A stretch of 17,896 bases of DNA from IMG/VR virus record IMGVR_UViG_2778261639_000005, one strand, 5' to 3'. Shown one piece after another: positions 16,968-17,896 of this stretch; position 1 is the stretch's first letter, and each line of letters opens with the position of its first letter. The DNA is from a virus. Lineage: Duplodnaviria; Heunggongvirae; Uroviricota; Caudoviricetes. A program made the position numbers and the translations under genes. The notes under the pieces are model-generated. The model was not told the DNA's origin, did no database searches, and was given only the letters and a program-made list of their open reading frames with translations.

Positions 16968-17711
16968 ATGACAGAGACAGAATCAGCGATTCTGGCGCAC
17001 GCCCGGCGATGTGCGCCAGCGGAGTCGTGCGGCTTCGTGGTGAGAACGCCGGAGGGGGAAAGATATTTTCCCGGCGTGAATATCTCCGGTAGGCCGGAGG
17101 CGTATTTCCGGATGTCGCCGGAGGACTGGCTGCAGGCAGAAATGCAGGGTGAGATTGTGGCGCTGGTCCACAGCCACCCCGGTGGTCTGCCCTGGCTGAG
17201 TGAGGCTGACCGGCGGCTGCAGGTGCAGAGTGATTTGCCGTGGTTGCTGGTCTGCCGGGGGGCGATTCATAAGTTCCGCTGTGTGCCGCATCTCACCGGG
17301 CGGCGCTTTGAGCACGGGGTGACGGACTGTTACACGCTGTTCCGGGACGCTTACCATCTGGCGGGAATTGAGATGCCGGATTTTCATCGCGGGGATGACT
17401 GGTGGCGTCACGGTCAGAATCTCTATCTGGATAATCTGGAGGCAACGGGTTTTTACCGTGTCGTACTGACAGAGGCGCAGCCTGGCGATGTGCTGCTGTG
17501 CTGTTTTGGTTCATCGGTGCCGAATCACGCCGCCATTTACTGCGGCGACGGCGAGCTGCTGCACCATATTCCTGAACAACTGAGCAAACGAGAGAGGTAT
17601 ACCGACAAATGGCAGCGACGCACACACTCCCTCTGGCGTCACCGGGCATGGCGCGCATCTGCCTTTACGGGGATTTACAACGATTTGGCCGCCGCATCGA
17701 CCTTCGTGTGA
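16968..17711 (+). CDS. K: Tail tip assembly protein K (lambda gpK-like; JAMM/MPN plus NlpC/P60 motifs)
   Basis: ATG 16968 lies 4 nt after the L stop. JAMM motif HSHPGGLPWLSEAD (HxH-x7-S-x2-D), then a Cys (VTDCYTLF) and His (PNHAAIYCGDGELLHH) consistent with an NlpC/P60 domain. The track start 16926 is an upstream in-frame extension overlapping L. Confidence 0.9.
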   Translation: MTETESAILAHARRCAPAESCGFVVRTPEGERYFPGVNISGRPEAYFRMSPEDWLQAEMQGEIVALVHSHPGGLPWLSEADRRLQVQSDLPWLLVCRGAIHKFRCVPHLTGRRFEHGVTDCYTLFRDAYHLAGIEMPDFHRGDDWWRHGQNLYLDNLEATGFYRVVLTEAQPGDVLLCCFGSSVPNHAAIYCGDGELLHHIPEQLSKRERYTDKWQRRTHSLWRHRAWRASAFTGIYNDLAAASTFV

Positions 17712-17896
17712 AAACGGGGGCTGAAGCCATCCGGGCACTGGCCACACAGCTCCCGGCGTTTCGTCAGAAACTGTGCGACGGCTGGTATCAGGTACGGATT
17801 GCCGGGCGGGACGTCAGCTCGTCCGGGTTAACGGCGCAGTTACATGAGACTCTGCCTGATGGCGCTGTGATTCATATTGTTCCCAGAGTCGCCGGG
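17609..17896 (+). CDS. I: Tail assembly protein I (lambda gpI-like), 3'-partial, runs off the window
   Basis: ATG 17609 in a different frame from K and overlapping its last 103 nt. Translation MAATHTLPLASPGMARICLYGDLQRFGRRIDLRVKTGAEAIRALATQ... is open to the window end. Not in the ORF track because it has no stop in the window. Confidence 0.85.
   Translation, partial: MAATHTLPLASPGMARICLYGDLQRFGRRIDLRVKTGAEAIRALATQLPAFRQKLCDGWYQVRIAGRDVSSSGLTAQLHETLPDGAVIHIVPRVAG

Noticed and set aside
16241-16969. 242-aa minus-strand ORF
   Set aside because: It lies entirely antisense to the lambda L-like gene, which has strong protein-level support. Long antisense ORFs are expected in GC-rich coding sequence, and it has no independent signal.
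1-17896. Search for CRISPR arrays, tRNA genes, integrase or att sites, IS elements
   Set aside because: No spaced direct repeats, no tRNA-like sequence noticed by eye, and no recombinase or transposase ORF. The window appears to be entirely the late structural region plus the upstream accessory pair.

Overview
This window is the late (morphogenesis) region of a lambdoid, siphovirus-type prophage or phage, with every supported gene on the + strand. It opens with an accessory pair upstream of the packaging genes: a ParB/Srx-like nuclease-domain protein and a GT-A-like putative glycosyltransferase, followed by a small overlapping ORF. This pair is the best candidate for an undescribed system. 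Then come terminase small and large subunits, portal, a Mu-F/SPP1-gp7-like head morphogenesis protein, putative scaffold, major capsid, four small head-tail joining genes, major tail protein, a tail assembly chaperone with a -1 frameshift site, a 1077-aa tape measure protein, and lambda-like M, L, K and a 3'-truncated I. The head and packaging genes are not lambda-like, while L, K and I closely match lambda as I recall it, so the region is mosaic. Three hairpin-plus-T-run terminator-like structures sit inside the late operon. I see no tRNA, rRNA, CRISPR array, integrase or IS element. All minus-strand ORFs in the track are antisense to well-supported + strand genes and are treated as spurious. 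All calls come from reading the sequence and recalled family motifs; no database search was run, and the GT-A assignment and the comparisons to lambda especially need confirmation.
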